The translations under genes were made by a program, and so were the position numbers. Source: Priapulus caudatus (Eukaryota). From it: a stretch of DNA of 64,000 nt. This document shows, piece after piece, positions 1 to 14,000 of this stretch. The stretch covers positions 1,480,130 to 1,544,129 of the forward strand of contig NW_014577068.1 of the NCBI RefSeq assembly GCF_000485595.1, read 5' to 3'. Each line of letters opens with the position of its first letter. The stretch's first letter is position 1. The notes under the pieces were generated by a model. The model was given only the letters and a program-made list of their open reading frames with translations, did not search any database and was not told the DNA's origin.

Positions 1-202
1 AGCACACACAAAAGAATAAACACCCACTTCACATATGAACCACTAATATCACCGTGAATCTCAATAAACATATTACATAACTCCTCAGCACACACAAAAG
101 AATAAACACCCACTTCACATATGAACCACTAATATCACCGTGAATCTCAATAAACATATTACATAACTCCTCAGCACACACAAAAGAATAAACACCCACT
201 TC
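1..202. repeat. About 86-bp tandem repeat (at least 2.3 copies, runs off the window edge)
   Basis: Unit agcacacacaaaagaataaacacccacttcacatatgaacc... is repeated. Confidence 0.85.
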
Positions 203-1173
203 CCCCACTCTATCCCGGGTGTGCATATGGGTACGCGGATAATCTTCACCTCTGCAGATGTGCTGCCCTCCAGCGGCAACTGTTTCTAGCGGCTAACCCC
301 ATTGGTTTACTTGTTTACATAAGTTGTGGTGTCAGGAAACACCAGCCAAACCAATTCGTTAGCACACACTGCGTTTTTGCATCAGCATTTACCATTACTC
401 TCGTATTGCTGCTGCTGATCAATGGAGAAACTTTTTACAAGTGAGTGCTGAATGCTGTTATGGTGGACTATTTTCGATCTCAATAGGAACTTGAAAATGC
501 ACTGTTTCAGTGTGATAAAATGCTACATGGGGTTGTTTTCAAGCTGGCAAAAATAGTATTCTAGTGGTTATAGTCACCCTTTAGTTACGTTAGTTTGAGA
601 CTGTGGTAGGAACATTATCGGTATTACTATCAGAAGAAAATAATTAGATGTATGGCTTAATTAAATAATAGTTAATTAAAAGTAAAATATATGTTATTGT
701 AATCATATTATTGTAAACAATTTCATAGCAACTGTGTAGTGAAAGACTGGACCTATAATATTAACATGGTACTTTGCAGAGTTGCACAGGCTGGTGTATA
801 TCACCCGGGAAATATTTTAAATTGAATGTTATTTGTGTCTTATCAGATCAGTCGTGGTATCAAAAGTTAATAAATTACAAGATAATGGGGTTAGTAAAAT
901 ACTCCGCATTTTAGTCACCAGGCTTGGAGGAGTTTTAATTGTTAAAAACAATAAATTCCTGGTGGAAACTACCTAAAAGTAAAAATGTCAATTGCAACAT
1001 CACAACTTAAATCAGTGTTCCAAGATATAAGAAATGGCACCAACTATTTTTATTTTATGGAGTGTCATTCTGTGGGTGATAGTTATTCATTAATGCAGTG
1101 TCTTATTGTTTTTTTATTCCCAGCTACAGGTTGAGATCTGGAGCAGGAGTGAGAGAAAGTGCTGCCATCTACG

Positions 1174-1215
1174 ATGACTGTTGAGGAACCACCTCTTCGT
1201 GGGCTGCATAGACTG
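1174..1215 (+). CDS. USP25: USP25/28 coding exon 1 ([14 protein letters not shown])
   Basis: MTVE start resembles USP25 MTVEQ. There is an upstream pyrimidine tract with cag near 1123 and a gtaata donor at 1216. Phase 0 joins exon 2. Confidence 0.75.
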
Positions 1216-4200
1216 GTAATAAATCTAGAGACATGATACAAGATTGCGTGGCACAGCTTTGCTGTTGATCCCGAGCGCTCCGCGCGGATGAGATGCGCAG
1301 TTCCGCGGGATATGCGCACGCGACCGCGGGGATGTTCACGTATGAAGCGCTGTCCGCAGTGGAGACGTGCACCAAATTCGAGGCCCGGCGCATGTCTCCA
1401 CAGCGGTCAGCGGATGGTCTGTAGTTTTAGAAGATAACAATGAAGACTTTGTTCTAAATAAGAACTATCGGCGGCTAAATAAGAGCAATATACAGACCTT
1501 TGAATTTCTTGACTAGTCAGTCAAAGGGCTTGTTGGGGGTCCATTATGCAGAGCTTCCAATTGAAATGGCCCATGAAATTGTCAAGTGGAATTGTGTTTT
1601 TCGGTACCCCAAAGAAAATGACTCCTTCTTACATGCACCCCCTCCCTGATCAATCATGCATTCAGGCGTAAACAATAACAGAGATGAAATTGTGTTGAGT
1701 TTATGGCTCTTGGCGCACGCGCATTGACGTACAAGACTGATGAAAGGGCTGAAGGATAGAGAGCATGGTTGTGAGAGCAAAGCCGATGTGTTACGCTACA
1801 TAGTTGTCAATCTCGCCATGCTCTCTATCTTTGTACCACAGGCGGCTTGGAACGTCTCGATAAAAATAAATCTTCACACAATTTTTCACAATGATCGACC
1901 GCCTGTGTGCAAAATAGGTGAACGTATGTGAAACATATACGGTTAGTACTTACTGTTGTGACATATCCGTGACTAACTGACACCACTAAATTGGTAAAAT
2001 GTTCCATGCACCTTAAGAAATGTGAGAAATTGCGAGGTTATCATCGCAGAACTCTCGAACACCGTACGTCACAAAGCTATAATATATGTAAACAAACACG
2101 CGGGTTGCGAGGTGCCTGCCTCCGATATCCATTTCGAGGCCCGCTAAGCATAAAGCGCGAGGGCAAGACGTCACAAACACAGCTACGTTCATTGGCTAAA
2201 ACAATCGAGTAGCGCAGTTAGGGATTTTTGGAATTATTTAATTTTAAGAAAAACCTCAATGTTCAATGAATGACGCACTTCGTTTACTTCCGAAAGTGGG
2301 TAAAAATGCCTAATTTTTCCACTTCGGTGCGAAATGCATCGGCCGGGCCTTTCATTATTTACGAAAAGCAAACAGTCTCGCCAAACACCTACATGCAGTA
2401 ACGGGTCACGTCGTTGACGCCCCATTCATGCCCATCAACGAAGAAGGCGGGGCTTATTCTGATTACGGAGATGCCAAAATGCAACAGAAGGACGTAGCGC
2501 AGTGCGCTAAACGGCATGCTATTTTCGTTTTTGTGCCAAACTCTATCGTAGGAAATCGTTCTAGCCTAGCAGAATGCCTTAGTTCCTGAGATCGGCGATT
2601 TGGTACTGTGATGGGTCCCCACCTTATATTATATTATAGAGAGGTGCGGCGTAGGCTGTGATTGGAAGACACAAAGTGTCAATCCTCGGCACGCCTCGGC
2701 ATCATGGCCGTATCACGTCTAGGACAGGTGTTCTTACCCCAAGTCAGATGTGCCCCTATCATAATTAAACAGTGTAGAGTGGTAATTTTTAGTCTGGACA
2801 TGTTCTTATAATATTTCCTAGCTGTCATTTAGTTTTATCATTATTATGACAAGTGCACAAACTGTATGTGAGGTGAGGGAATCAATGGCTCTTAACAGTT
2901 GAAAATCAAAATAAATTTTAATTAATTCCTTCTTGTTAAATCTTAAAAAATCTTTATTTCATATATGATTATTTTACACACTGTCCTAATCGTATTATAT
3001 ATTGTTATGTTATAATGAATTATATTATAATTATGAGAAAGGATGTGCAAGTTAATGGTGGGCAAAATAAGACCTTCAATTTCGAGTCAATTGTAAATGT
3101 CCTAGAAGTAGTGATAGCAGTCGTAACTATGGTAATAGTTATAGAAGTGTCATGTTGCGGGACCTTTATTGATGTAGTCTCAACACTTTTCCTGATTCTC
3201 TGCTGATTTCTCGTCGACACTTTGCATATATTAATAGCAGATGAGCCACGAAGCAGAGCGGGTGCTAAACCAGCTGAAGGAGATCACGGGAGTGGAGGAT
3301 GTCTCTGTGATAGGTACGGCCATGGAGGCATGCAAGAACACTGAGGGCAAGTACGACCTCGAGAGAGCCGTCAGCCTTCTAGTGGACGAGCACGGACAGA
3401 TGGTGCCACCCACCGCTCAGGTACCTAGTGCCAGGGCGTCAAGTTCCTATTTTTTCCTATTTTTTCCTATTTTCTGGGCAATTCCTATTTTCTCCTATTT
3501 TCTGGACAAATTCCTATTTTTTCCTATTTTCTGGGCAATTCCTATTTTCTCCTATTTTCTGGACAAATTCCTATTTTTTCCTATTTTTGAGGGCTTTTTA
3601 TTTTTCTGAATCCAGAATTGTATGTATCCTTTTCAGAATGCAGGAATTTACATTTCAGGTGACCCAATTTTCAAAAATTTTCTGGGGGAGGACCCCCACC
3701 CCTTACTTTAAATTAATGTAATATACTCTTTACTATCACATATTTTATTTCAGTAAAGTTGTTTCTCAGTTAGATGTGGTATGTGTATCCAGAGGGGGCG
3801 TCCAGGGGGTCCGGACCCCCTCTTTTTTACCCCAAAAAAGAGAAAACACATAAAAGATAATTTTTTGCCTGAAATTTTGGAATTCCATTTTGCATTATAG
3901 ACATCAAAATTACTGCTCAGATGCTCTCAGAATGCACAAATTTTTAACATTTTTCTTGTGGGAGGTCCCTCTAACCCCTCCCCCCCCCCCTAAGTGGCAA
4001 CGTGCCTTAGACACGTCGCATAAGCTGCCTTTGGCACGTTTTTATAAAAGTGCCCTTTATTTCTTACTGGACCCCCCCTTTTTCAAAAAGCCGGATCCGC
4101 CCATGTATATATGTACGTCATACTATTTTGGAGTAGTCTACATGTATGGGTGCTTATGCATGTATAAACTGCTTATCAATTTTAACATGCATTTCTCATT

Positions 4201-7200
4201 AAAACCTCAAAATATTGTTCGCATGTGATGTAACTCCAAATATGTATATTAATAAAACCATTTGTGGTGGATCGGGATGGCTGTAGGGGTGTTGGGAGGC
4301 CATCTAACGCAACAAATATTCCTATTTAACATATATTTTCTCACCAAAATTCCTATTTTCTTCCTATTTTTTCACATCTGAAATTCCTATTTTCCTATTT
4401 TTTGAGCGTCACTTGTCACTTGACGCCCTGTAGTGCTGACATCGTTTCACACCAGTATGCTATCAGTGGAGTTGTAGTGGTACAGGTGGATGCGAACTAA
4501 CTCGCATGGATATTTTTCACGATGGTAATCAACCGCAGGTTTTTAGCTCACCTTGACATCGTCAAGATGAGCTATTGCCATGGGTCGTTGTCCGTCGTAC
4601 GTCCGTCCGTCCGTCCGTCCTTCCGTCAACATTTGGCTACGGTCAACGATAACTCACGAACCGTTTGACACACGTGTTTGAAATTGGGTATAGTTGTTAC
4701 TGCTATGCTCCCATATTGAACGTCCTATTTTGGAGCCTGCCAGTCGACGTACTTTCGAGCCACGGCAATTTTTTGGCAAAAATGGGAATTGCCATTAGTC
4801 AGTTCAACGGATTTTGCTCATTTTTGGTATGTGAATGAATAAGGGCTAGGGGTTTTGATATTTAAAAAAAAATTATGGAAATTAGGTAGCATTTGGCAAT
4901 TATATAGCATATTTTGTTATAGACACGCAGATAACAGTCTGTGGTGTCACACTCGTCTGGTTCATTTTACAAGATTTCATTGACAATATCTTTAATGCAA
5001 AATTGGTATTTCCTCTCCACCCTGCCGATAAAACGTCTATATTAGAGTAAAGTTTTACAAAACATGTCGGAACGCAGCATAACCTATTTATTTCGAACGC
5101 CATCGCTAAGAAACATCAAAGCAGGTATAGCGCCATCTACCGTCACAAATTGTGATTCATTTTGGTTTATAAATTATTATTGCGATATACAGATGGCAAC
5201 CGTGTGCTACCACCTAGAAAAACTCATACGAAGTAAACACTTCCATGCAACCAATTAACCTTTGACAAAAGTTGTGTTATGGGCAGGGAAACACCATTGT
5301 CACGTGGTATATAGAAGCTACGTGGAATAAGCGTATCCTCTCAATCTTACACGTTACACATCGGGAGCTTCGCTTTTAGGCAGTGCCTAAATCTGAATAT
5401 TATAAAAACGTTAAATGGCGATCATTTAGGTGTAACGTCATCACTCGCCCACATCTCAGACTTTCACATCTCAAACATTTATTTTCACATGAAAAATTAC
5501 ACATATTATTATCAAGAGTATATAACGGGAGTTCTCCCATATATACTCTTCGTTTCTATAATGTACGTCGATGGTTGCTCAATTAAAACTAACACTTCTT
5601 CTCACTCACTCATTTGTGTCCTTTTTTTGTGGTGAGCTACAGTGTCATCGACACTTTCATTTAGGAACTAGTTAATAATTGTTATTTTGTCTTAAAGCAC
5701 AATGTCTTTTAGTGATAACTTTAAATAGCAATCATGGATACACTTGCGTGTAATCCCCTAATTGTACAATAGTTGTTTGGATTACAGAGTAATGACTAAG
5801 TGACGAGTTTTTACCTGAGAATGTGCAGAAATGTTGCCGAGTACACCTGAGTAAATTTAGTGTATGAGTTACTCACTGCTGTGTATGCTCTTAGGTTCCA
5901 GAAACAGCGAGTAAAAACGGTCCAAATGGGATCGTTGCTCTAAAGGCTAAGCCAACCAAGAACAATCAGGTGATCGATCTAACCTGCGACACATCGGAGT
6001 CTGTGCGTGACCCAGAAGACGACCTTCAGAAGGCTATAGCATTGAGTTTGAAAGACCACGCAGAGAAGTACAAGGCACACGATCAAGGTGAAAGCTTGCC
6101 GATTCCAGTCAGCACCGAGGAACAACACATCAGCAGGTGCTTACCTTGTACATTTAAACCTGTGTTAGTGGTCATCTATCTAGAATGAACACCTATCTAT
6201 AAATGACACTTGACAGTTCTTGTATGTGACCCTTATATGTAGATTGATTGTATTTACCCTGTTTTTCTATGCTGTGGTTATAAATAGATAAACTATTACC
6301 TGTTCCTAGAGATAATGTTGGTAAATGTTTATTAATATGTAATATTATTAATGTTCATAATTATCCACGTATCAATAGTGGAATAGTTTGCATGGCATCA
6401 CATAATTCTCAAAAACCATTTTTACTATTGATACGTGGATAATTATGAACATTAATAATATTACGTATTAATAAACATTTACCAACATTATCTCTAGGAA
6501 CATGTAATAGTTTATCTATTTATAACCACAAAAAGCAGCATAGAAAATGAGGGTAAGTACAATCAATCTCTAATAACTAAGGGTCACTCACAAGAACTGT
6601 GAAGTTCATTTTATGTGTACGTTGTATTTTTACGGGTATCTCGGTTAGAACAGAGTGATAACAGTATAGCTATCATTGTTTTAATTACAGTCTAGTATTC
6701 ATTACTAGAGGGAAATTTAACCTTTTAATTAAAACAATGATAGCTATACTGTTATCACCCTGTTCTAACCAAGATACCCGTAAAAATACAACGTACACAT
6801 AAAATATAATAAAAGCAAGAAGGAGAAAAAGGAAAAAAGGAGAAAAAGGAGTCTTAGTGATGGTCGTGTTCTATCCTAATTCACGTCATGGCGGGGTGCA
6901 TTATAGCAGGGTCTACTGTACGTTATTCTATACTTGTAAGTCTCACTGCTCATGATCCTCTGGAGTTATGAAAGTGGGACAGGGGAGGGTGCACATGGAA
7001 AATGTCTAATAAAGCTTATCTCCTCTGAGTGCAGGGCCCTTGAGGAGAGTCTAGCAGAGAGCAAGGGTGGCATGAAGCGCAAACGAGGCGAGTGGTTCGT
7101 TGATCCGATCAACCCACACGAGAGGAAGCGGGTGAAAGGCTGGCCAGTCGGCCTCAAGAATGTGGGCAACACCTGCTGGTTCTCTGTAGTCATACAGGTG

Positions 7201-8000
7201 AGAGCGGGAGACGTACTGACAGTGTAGGCAAGGCTACTAGTTGAAGTCATGTGTGCTTGTGCTAAAGGCAGATTACCTGAGTTGGATTTATCAATAGAAT
7301 TTATGGCACACTCGTCTTGCCGAATGCAATGACCTGAGCTGGATTTATTAATGAAATTTGTCACCCACTTGCCTTGTATTTTCCTTGTGTAGGCCCTTAT
7401 TATTCAAGTGCAGGTTGTAGTTTGTAGTTTGCAAGGTCACATGCTTGTTAATCAAGACCAAAGATGTCTTTTCTTGGTTCATTTGTATCATTGTAATATT
7501 GATCTTCCCTTAAATGTGAACTCATCTCTGTATAAATTCCACTGCTTAGAAAGGTTGAATATTTATTCTTCCATGGTAATTTGCTGATGAATTTTCATTT
7601 TTTTCAGTCACTGTTTCACTTGCCAGCTTTTCGCAACCTAGTGCTGCGTTATAGCTCTCCAAACAATGATGCAGAAACTGCGATTACAATCACGAAGGTA
7701 CAACTATCTGATACATTCATTGTACTATGTGATCTTGGGGATTCACGGTCTCATCCAGGAAAGTGCGGAGGAAAAAAATTTGTGGGTGGTGTTGGAGTGA
7801 GTCGGTGTCTCAACTGGGAGAGCAATGGAAGCTTAGATGGAGTGTTTTGGTGAGTGGAAACCTCATCCGCGAGAGCTGTTGGGGGGGGGGGACAGGGGTA
7901 GTGTTGTGAAAGGTTTAAGCGGTGCAGAGAGAGAGTGAGGCATTGTGGTAGGGAGAGTGGCTGGTTACAGTGGATGTTTGAACACATGGTTGCAACACAC

Positions 8001-8061
<61 letters not shown>

Positions 8062-11000
8062 GAGACGCGAGAGCGACTGAGCCGAGAATGCGAGAGCGAG
8101 AGGAGACGCCGTGAGCAGCGAGGAGAGCCGAGAGCGAGAGCGTGAGCGAATGAGCCAGAGAGCGGAGAGAGCGAGAGACGCGGCAAGATGAGAGTAGAGA
8201 GCAGAGCTGAGAGAGAGAGACAGACAGAGACGGACAGAGACAGAGACAGAAGACAGCAGACAGAGACAGGAGACAGGAGACAGAGACCANNNNNNNNNNN
8301 NNNNNNNNNNNNNNGAGCGCCATGTGCGACTGTGTGTGTTGTTTTGTGTTGTGTTTCGTGTGTGGGGTGTGTGTGTGTGTGTGTGTATGTGTGAATCATT
8401 GTGTGTGTGTGTGTCGTGTGTGTGCGCGGTGCGAATAGCAGAGCAAACGTGTCCTTAGTTCCACTAATTCGCAATTTTCGCAGCTTATTCGCACTTATTC
8501 CTCCTTATTCGCCAAGAGATAATATGCTTCGCGGCCGTTCTTATACGTTTCAGAGAGTTTGGAACCGGACAGCTGACAGCACGTGTGCATGGATCAATCT
8601 TATCTACATGCCTTCACTCGCTACAGCAGCATCCGCCCACGATTCTGTGTCATGTGGCGTGTGCTTATATGGGTATGTGTGGTGTGTGGTAGCATGTGTG
8701 TGTGTGTTTGTGTAGAGGGCTGTAATGTGTCCGCTGTGTGGTTGTGTGCTGGTGTGTGTGTGTGTTATGTGATTGAGGAATGGTATGTATGTGTGTGTGT
8801 GGGTGATGTTTGTGTGTGCGATGGTGTGTATCGTGTCCGTGGTGTGGTGGAATAGTGTGTGATGTGGATGAGAGAGATGTGGTGATGTGTGTGTGTGTGT
8901 GATGGATGTATGCTATGTGTATGTGTCAGAATATGTGTCGTGCTGGAGCGCAGAGAGAGGATGATATGAGTGAGAGTGTGTGTATGTGTGTGTGGCCTCG
9001 ATGTGTGGTGTGTGCAACTTGGAGTGAAGCTGGATGTGGGGATGTGGTGTGTGTGTGTGTGTGTGTGTTGGTGTGTGGTGTGTGGAGTCTGTGCCGTGCG
9101 AACTAGCCAAGCAAACGTGTCCTTATTCGCACTATTCGCACTTCGCACTTATTCGCCAACCTTATTCGTCCTTATTCGCCAAGATAATATCTCTTTGCCT
9201 TCTATAATACTTCCAAAATGGAGCGCGCTAGCTGGACCCCCAGACGTGCTGCATGGTACAATCTTAATCTAACATGCCTTCAGCATTTCACGCTAGCAGC
9301 ATTCCGCACCGATTGTGTTGTCATGTCCGGTGGAGCTGTGTAGTCTATGTGTGTGGGAGGTGTGTGTGCGTGGATCGTGGTGCGTGTGTGTTGTGTGTAT
9401 TGTGGGCTGTGATGTGTGTGGACTGGTCCGTGTGTGTGTTGTGTTGAGGCTGTGTGTGTGGTATGTTGTGTGGACTGTTTGTGTTTGTGTGGGTGTGGAC
9501 CTGTGTGTGTGTGTGTGTGTGTGTGTGTTGTGTGAGAAATAGGTGTCGTGTGTGTGTGTATGTTGTGTGAGTGTGGTGTGTGTGCTTTGTGCTTTGTGTG
9601 TGTATGTTGTCCGTGTGTGCTGTGTATGTGATGATGTGTGTATGCTATGTGGTCATTGTGTCGAGGAATATGCTGTGTGTGTGCTGTGTAGTAGTGGTGG
9701 GTGATGGTGTGTCTGCTTGGAGAGTATTGTGTGTGTGTGTGTGGTAGTAGTGTGCGTGTGTGTGTGGTAGTAGGTCGTGTGTGGAGAGCGAGACGAGAGG
9801 AGACGCGAGAGCGATCAGAGCGAGAGCGGATGAGCGAGAGACGATGTGTCGCGAGAGCGATGCCGCGGTGAGAATAGCAAGACAAAGTGTAGTGTATGCC
9901 GAATTCGCACTTATTCGTATTTCGCACGTGCAAGTTCGCAAGAGTCTATTGACACTCTTATTCGAGCAAGAGATGTATTTGAATATGGCTGGGTAACAGG
10001 CAGGACAGAGGACCGAGAGACAGTAGACATACGTACTCAAGTAGTAGCAGAGATCTACAAACAACATGAACGAAGAAGAGACAGAGACCACGACGACAGA
10101 GACAGGGACTCAGGCAAGAGCAAAGCATGAGACAGATGTACAGAGACAGATTGCAGAGAATCAGAGACAGAGACAGAGACAGAGGTGAGCGTAAGGCAAA
10201 GCTACGTGTCAGATGTAACTCAATGGCTTTGAGCATATCGATGAAGTGTGAGATCCTTGCGAGCAGACGGAGAGCGTGTTTTGTGTGTCGGTATTCATTA
10301 TATTGTGGCAGAAAGCTTGCTATAACTGAGAAGTTCCTACACTACACCCATCTATTATACGCAGCTCACTCTTCTCACTTGACCTCCCCATAATCTCTGT
10401 GGCAGTTCCCTATTTCTCAGAGTTGATGATTTTTCGTTATTGGCGAATTCCGCTTTTTAATAGTCAGCCTGCGCGTGCGATTCTTGCAAACTCCAAATTG
10501 TGTAATAAAGTTTAACAAAAAAATCATTTTTTTTAGTCTAAGTTAATATTACAGGAAATAGTGTTCAGCCCTAGATTGTGGACTATGTTAGCAGATGGAA
10601 ATTGTGATTTTAAAGTTAATTCTAGATGCCAGAAATGCGCGCAGATTGCAGAAGAATGCAACCCTAGAGTTCTGGGGCCTGGGCAGTTGCTGGCGCTCTA
10701 GCAGTCCCCAGGCCCCGGGCTGGGTGGTTGGCAGTTTTGTTGTCCAAACCCTAGTTATGTTCACACCTCTGTATTTCTGCTCTTAGACTTAGTTTGCGTG
10801 TTGGTGGCCAGCCACTATCCCCATCGTGCGGACTTGTCCGTGCCTGCGATCCCTCTGTGGCCGAGTCCCTATTGATGCCTCTTGACGATCTCTCAGTCGT
10901 CTGCAGCTGAGCAGAAGCAGATCTACGAGTTCTCGTGTTTGTGTGAGGGCTGTATGTGTCCGCGTGATGTGATGGGCGAGCCTTCGCAGTGCTGTCTCGC

Positions 11001-14000
11001 GCTGTGCTCGCCTCCGACCTGCAAGTATTGTAGACCCGACGCCTGCGCATCGATGGATCCTGCGTGCCACGCTGTAGCAACCGTCAGCGCCGCAATGGCT
11101 GGACAGCAGCAGGACCTCAGCGAGTTTCAGCACAGCTTGCTCGAGCTGGCCTGGAGGAGGCTTCCAAGCGACGCGGGCGGCAGCACGGCTGGGGTTGGCA
11201 CGGCTGTGTGTAGTGTGGAGAATGTATTGTAGGCGTCGGAAGTGAGTGCTGTCCGTGGATGTCACGTGCCATTGCTGTATGGTGCGGCGAGTGCCGCGCT
11301 TGTATGTGTGTATGGTGTGCCTTTGCGATCGGTGTAATGTGTGTGTGTGTCGTGCCGGTGCGGCCTGTGTGCGTGCTGTGTGTGTGTGGTGTTCGTGTGT
11401 GTTTGATGTGTGTGTGTATGTGTCCGTGTGCCCGTGTGTGTATGTACTTAGCGCGTATGCGTGTGAATTGTGCGCGTACCCCTGCTGTGTGTGTGTATGT
11501 TTATGATGTATGTGTGAGAATAATGTGTGTGTGTGTGGTGTGTATGTGTTGGTGTGTGTGTGTGTGTGTGTGTGTGGCTCGTGTGTGTGTGTGTGTGTGT
11601 GTGCCGCGGCTGCGAATAGCAAGCAACGTGTCCGAGACAGAGACAGAGACAGAGACAGAGACAGAGACAGAGACAGAGACAGAGACAGAGACAGAGACAG
11701 AGAGCGAGAGCAAGGCAGAGAATAGGATTAGGAGAAAGAGTGTGGAGTTGCAGCAGAGGGAGTGTGTCTGTTCATTAGATGGGCAGAAGGTGCTATACTA
11801 GAAGGCTACACACACCCACCTTAACCAGCCACTCTCCTCACTGTGACCTCCCCCCATAAATCTCTGTGGCGTTCCCTATTCTCAGAGTTGTGATTTTTCC
11901 GTTATTTGGCGAAATTCCGCTTTTTTAACAGCCCTGGGTCGATTTTGCGAAACCTCCAAATTTGTAATAAAATTTAACAAAAAAAAATCATTTTTTTTAG
12001 CTACTAAGTTAAATATTACAGAAATACTGTTCACCCTAGATTGTGGGACTATAGCAAGGAAATTGTGATTTTAAAGTTAATTCTAGATGCCAGGAAATGG
12101 CGCAGATTGCAGGAAAATGCAACCCCTAGAGTTTCTGGGGGCCTGGGCAGTTGCTGGGGCCTTAGCCAGTCCCTAGGCCCCCGGGCTGTGGTTGCAGTTT
12201 TTGTCAAACCCCAGTAATCACACCTCTGTATTCTGCTCTTGACAATATCTTGTGCACGCGTCGTTGCAGGAGCAGAACTAACCAGCCACTCTCCCCACTG
12301 AGACCCCCCCTGCCGATCTCTCTGTGGCGATCCCTATTATGCTCTTGACGATCTCTCGTCGTTGCAGGAGCAGAAGCAGATCTACGAGTTCATGGGCGAG
12401 CTTCGGCAGCTGTTCGCGCTGCTGCTCGCCTCCGACCGCAAGTATGTAGACCCGACGCCTGCGATCGAGATCCTGCGTGGCACGCTGAGCAACGTCAGCG
12501 GCATGCTGGACAGCCAGCAGGACGTCAGCGAGTTTCAGCACAAGCTGCTCGAGTGGCTGGAGGAGGCGTTCAAGCGACGCGGCGGCGGCGGTGGCACGGC
12601 GGCGTCGGAGTGAGTGCTGGTGGATGGTCACGTGCATGCGTGTATGTGTGCGTGCGAGTGCACGCGCTTGTATGTGTGTATGTGTGCCTTTGCATGGGTG
12701 TATGTGTGTGTGTGTGCGCGCGCGTGCGTGCCTGTGTGCGTGCGTGTGGATCCATGCGTGTGTGTATGTACTAGCGTGTATGCGTGCGTGCGTGCGAGTG
12801 TGTATGTGCGCGTATGTGCGTGAGTCCTTGCATGTGCGTGTCCGTGCATGTGTTCAAATGACACAGAGATATCAGCGGTGCAGTTATTGTGCCAATAAGT
12901 GGTCGTGCACATGCATGTGTGCGTGCGTGCATGTGTGTGCATGCACGTGTGTGTGTGTGTGTGTGTGCACACGTTCAAGTGACGTGGTGGCGGCTGTGGT
13001 GCGGTCGTGACGTCGTCTGAGTAACGTGATGGATGCAATATCTCCGAAATATTTGCAATATTTGCAATATATGCAAATGGATGATGGATGCTGCCTGTCA
13101 GAGTGCATGGCATGTGCATGCCCAGCATGCTTATCATTTTATGTGCATATTTATGTATCTTTTGACACATTTAATATTTGTTAATAACTCGTGTATTCAC
13201 ATCCTTTAAGTATCAATAATCTTTTTGCAGGTCTCGAGGACCGAGCAAGAATCCGATGATTGATCTATTCTATGGCGTGTACAAATCCTATGGCATTAAC
13301 GAAGGTAAGTTCATTGCGTCTCACAGATATTAACTGGTAAACATAACAGTAACGTACTTTAATGTGGCCTATAAGAGCCAGTGCAGTTAACATTGCTCCT
13401 GAATATATATATACCAGTCGGTTGTGTGGAGCTTAACCACCACAAATTGATTTTGTGTCGCCTCAGTACATACACGAATGGATTGCTTGTAATGTTTATA
13501 CTCTGGTTTCTCTGCAAAACGTATAAATCTTTCGCCTTTTACTAAAGATTTCCGTGCAGAGGAACAACTTAATGAGTCTTTGACTTATTTCTTGCAACCC
13601 TAATTGTTTAGGGTTATAAATATTGAAATGATATGTGAACAATGGTTATTGTATTGTTGGTAACACTTGTTTTCTGTTTAATTTTTTGCTTAATTAACCA
13701 ACTTTGTGTGATAAACTCATTAGGTAAAGGGTAGTTAGAAAGTGAAATGTTATTTTGGGAAACATTAGTGTAATATGGATTAGCATTCTTACAAGCTGCC
13801 AAGTAATTAACGAATGGATTATAGACATTTCCCCCTTGATTACCCTGTGTATCATGAGTCCTCAGTATCAATGTTGGCTAGTTTATACTCTATGCCAGTG
13901 GTGGGCAAACTTTTCAGAGCGAGGGCCGCATCAGTGGGGCTCAAGGGCCGGCCATCTCTGGCGCATAATTACTAAATGGCGTTGCACGAGCGAACGCGCA

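Larger units (their letters stand above)
8003..12970. repeat. Microsatellite-rich region: (GA)n, (GT)n, (GACAGA)n, with degraded duplicates
   Basis: Directly visible; surrounds exon 6. Confidence 0.85.

Noticed and set aside
7751..13170. Many long ORFs rich in His/Thr, Cys/Val or Glu/Arg
   Set aside because: They are translations of (GT)n, (GA)n and (GACAGA)n microsatellites.
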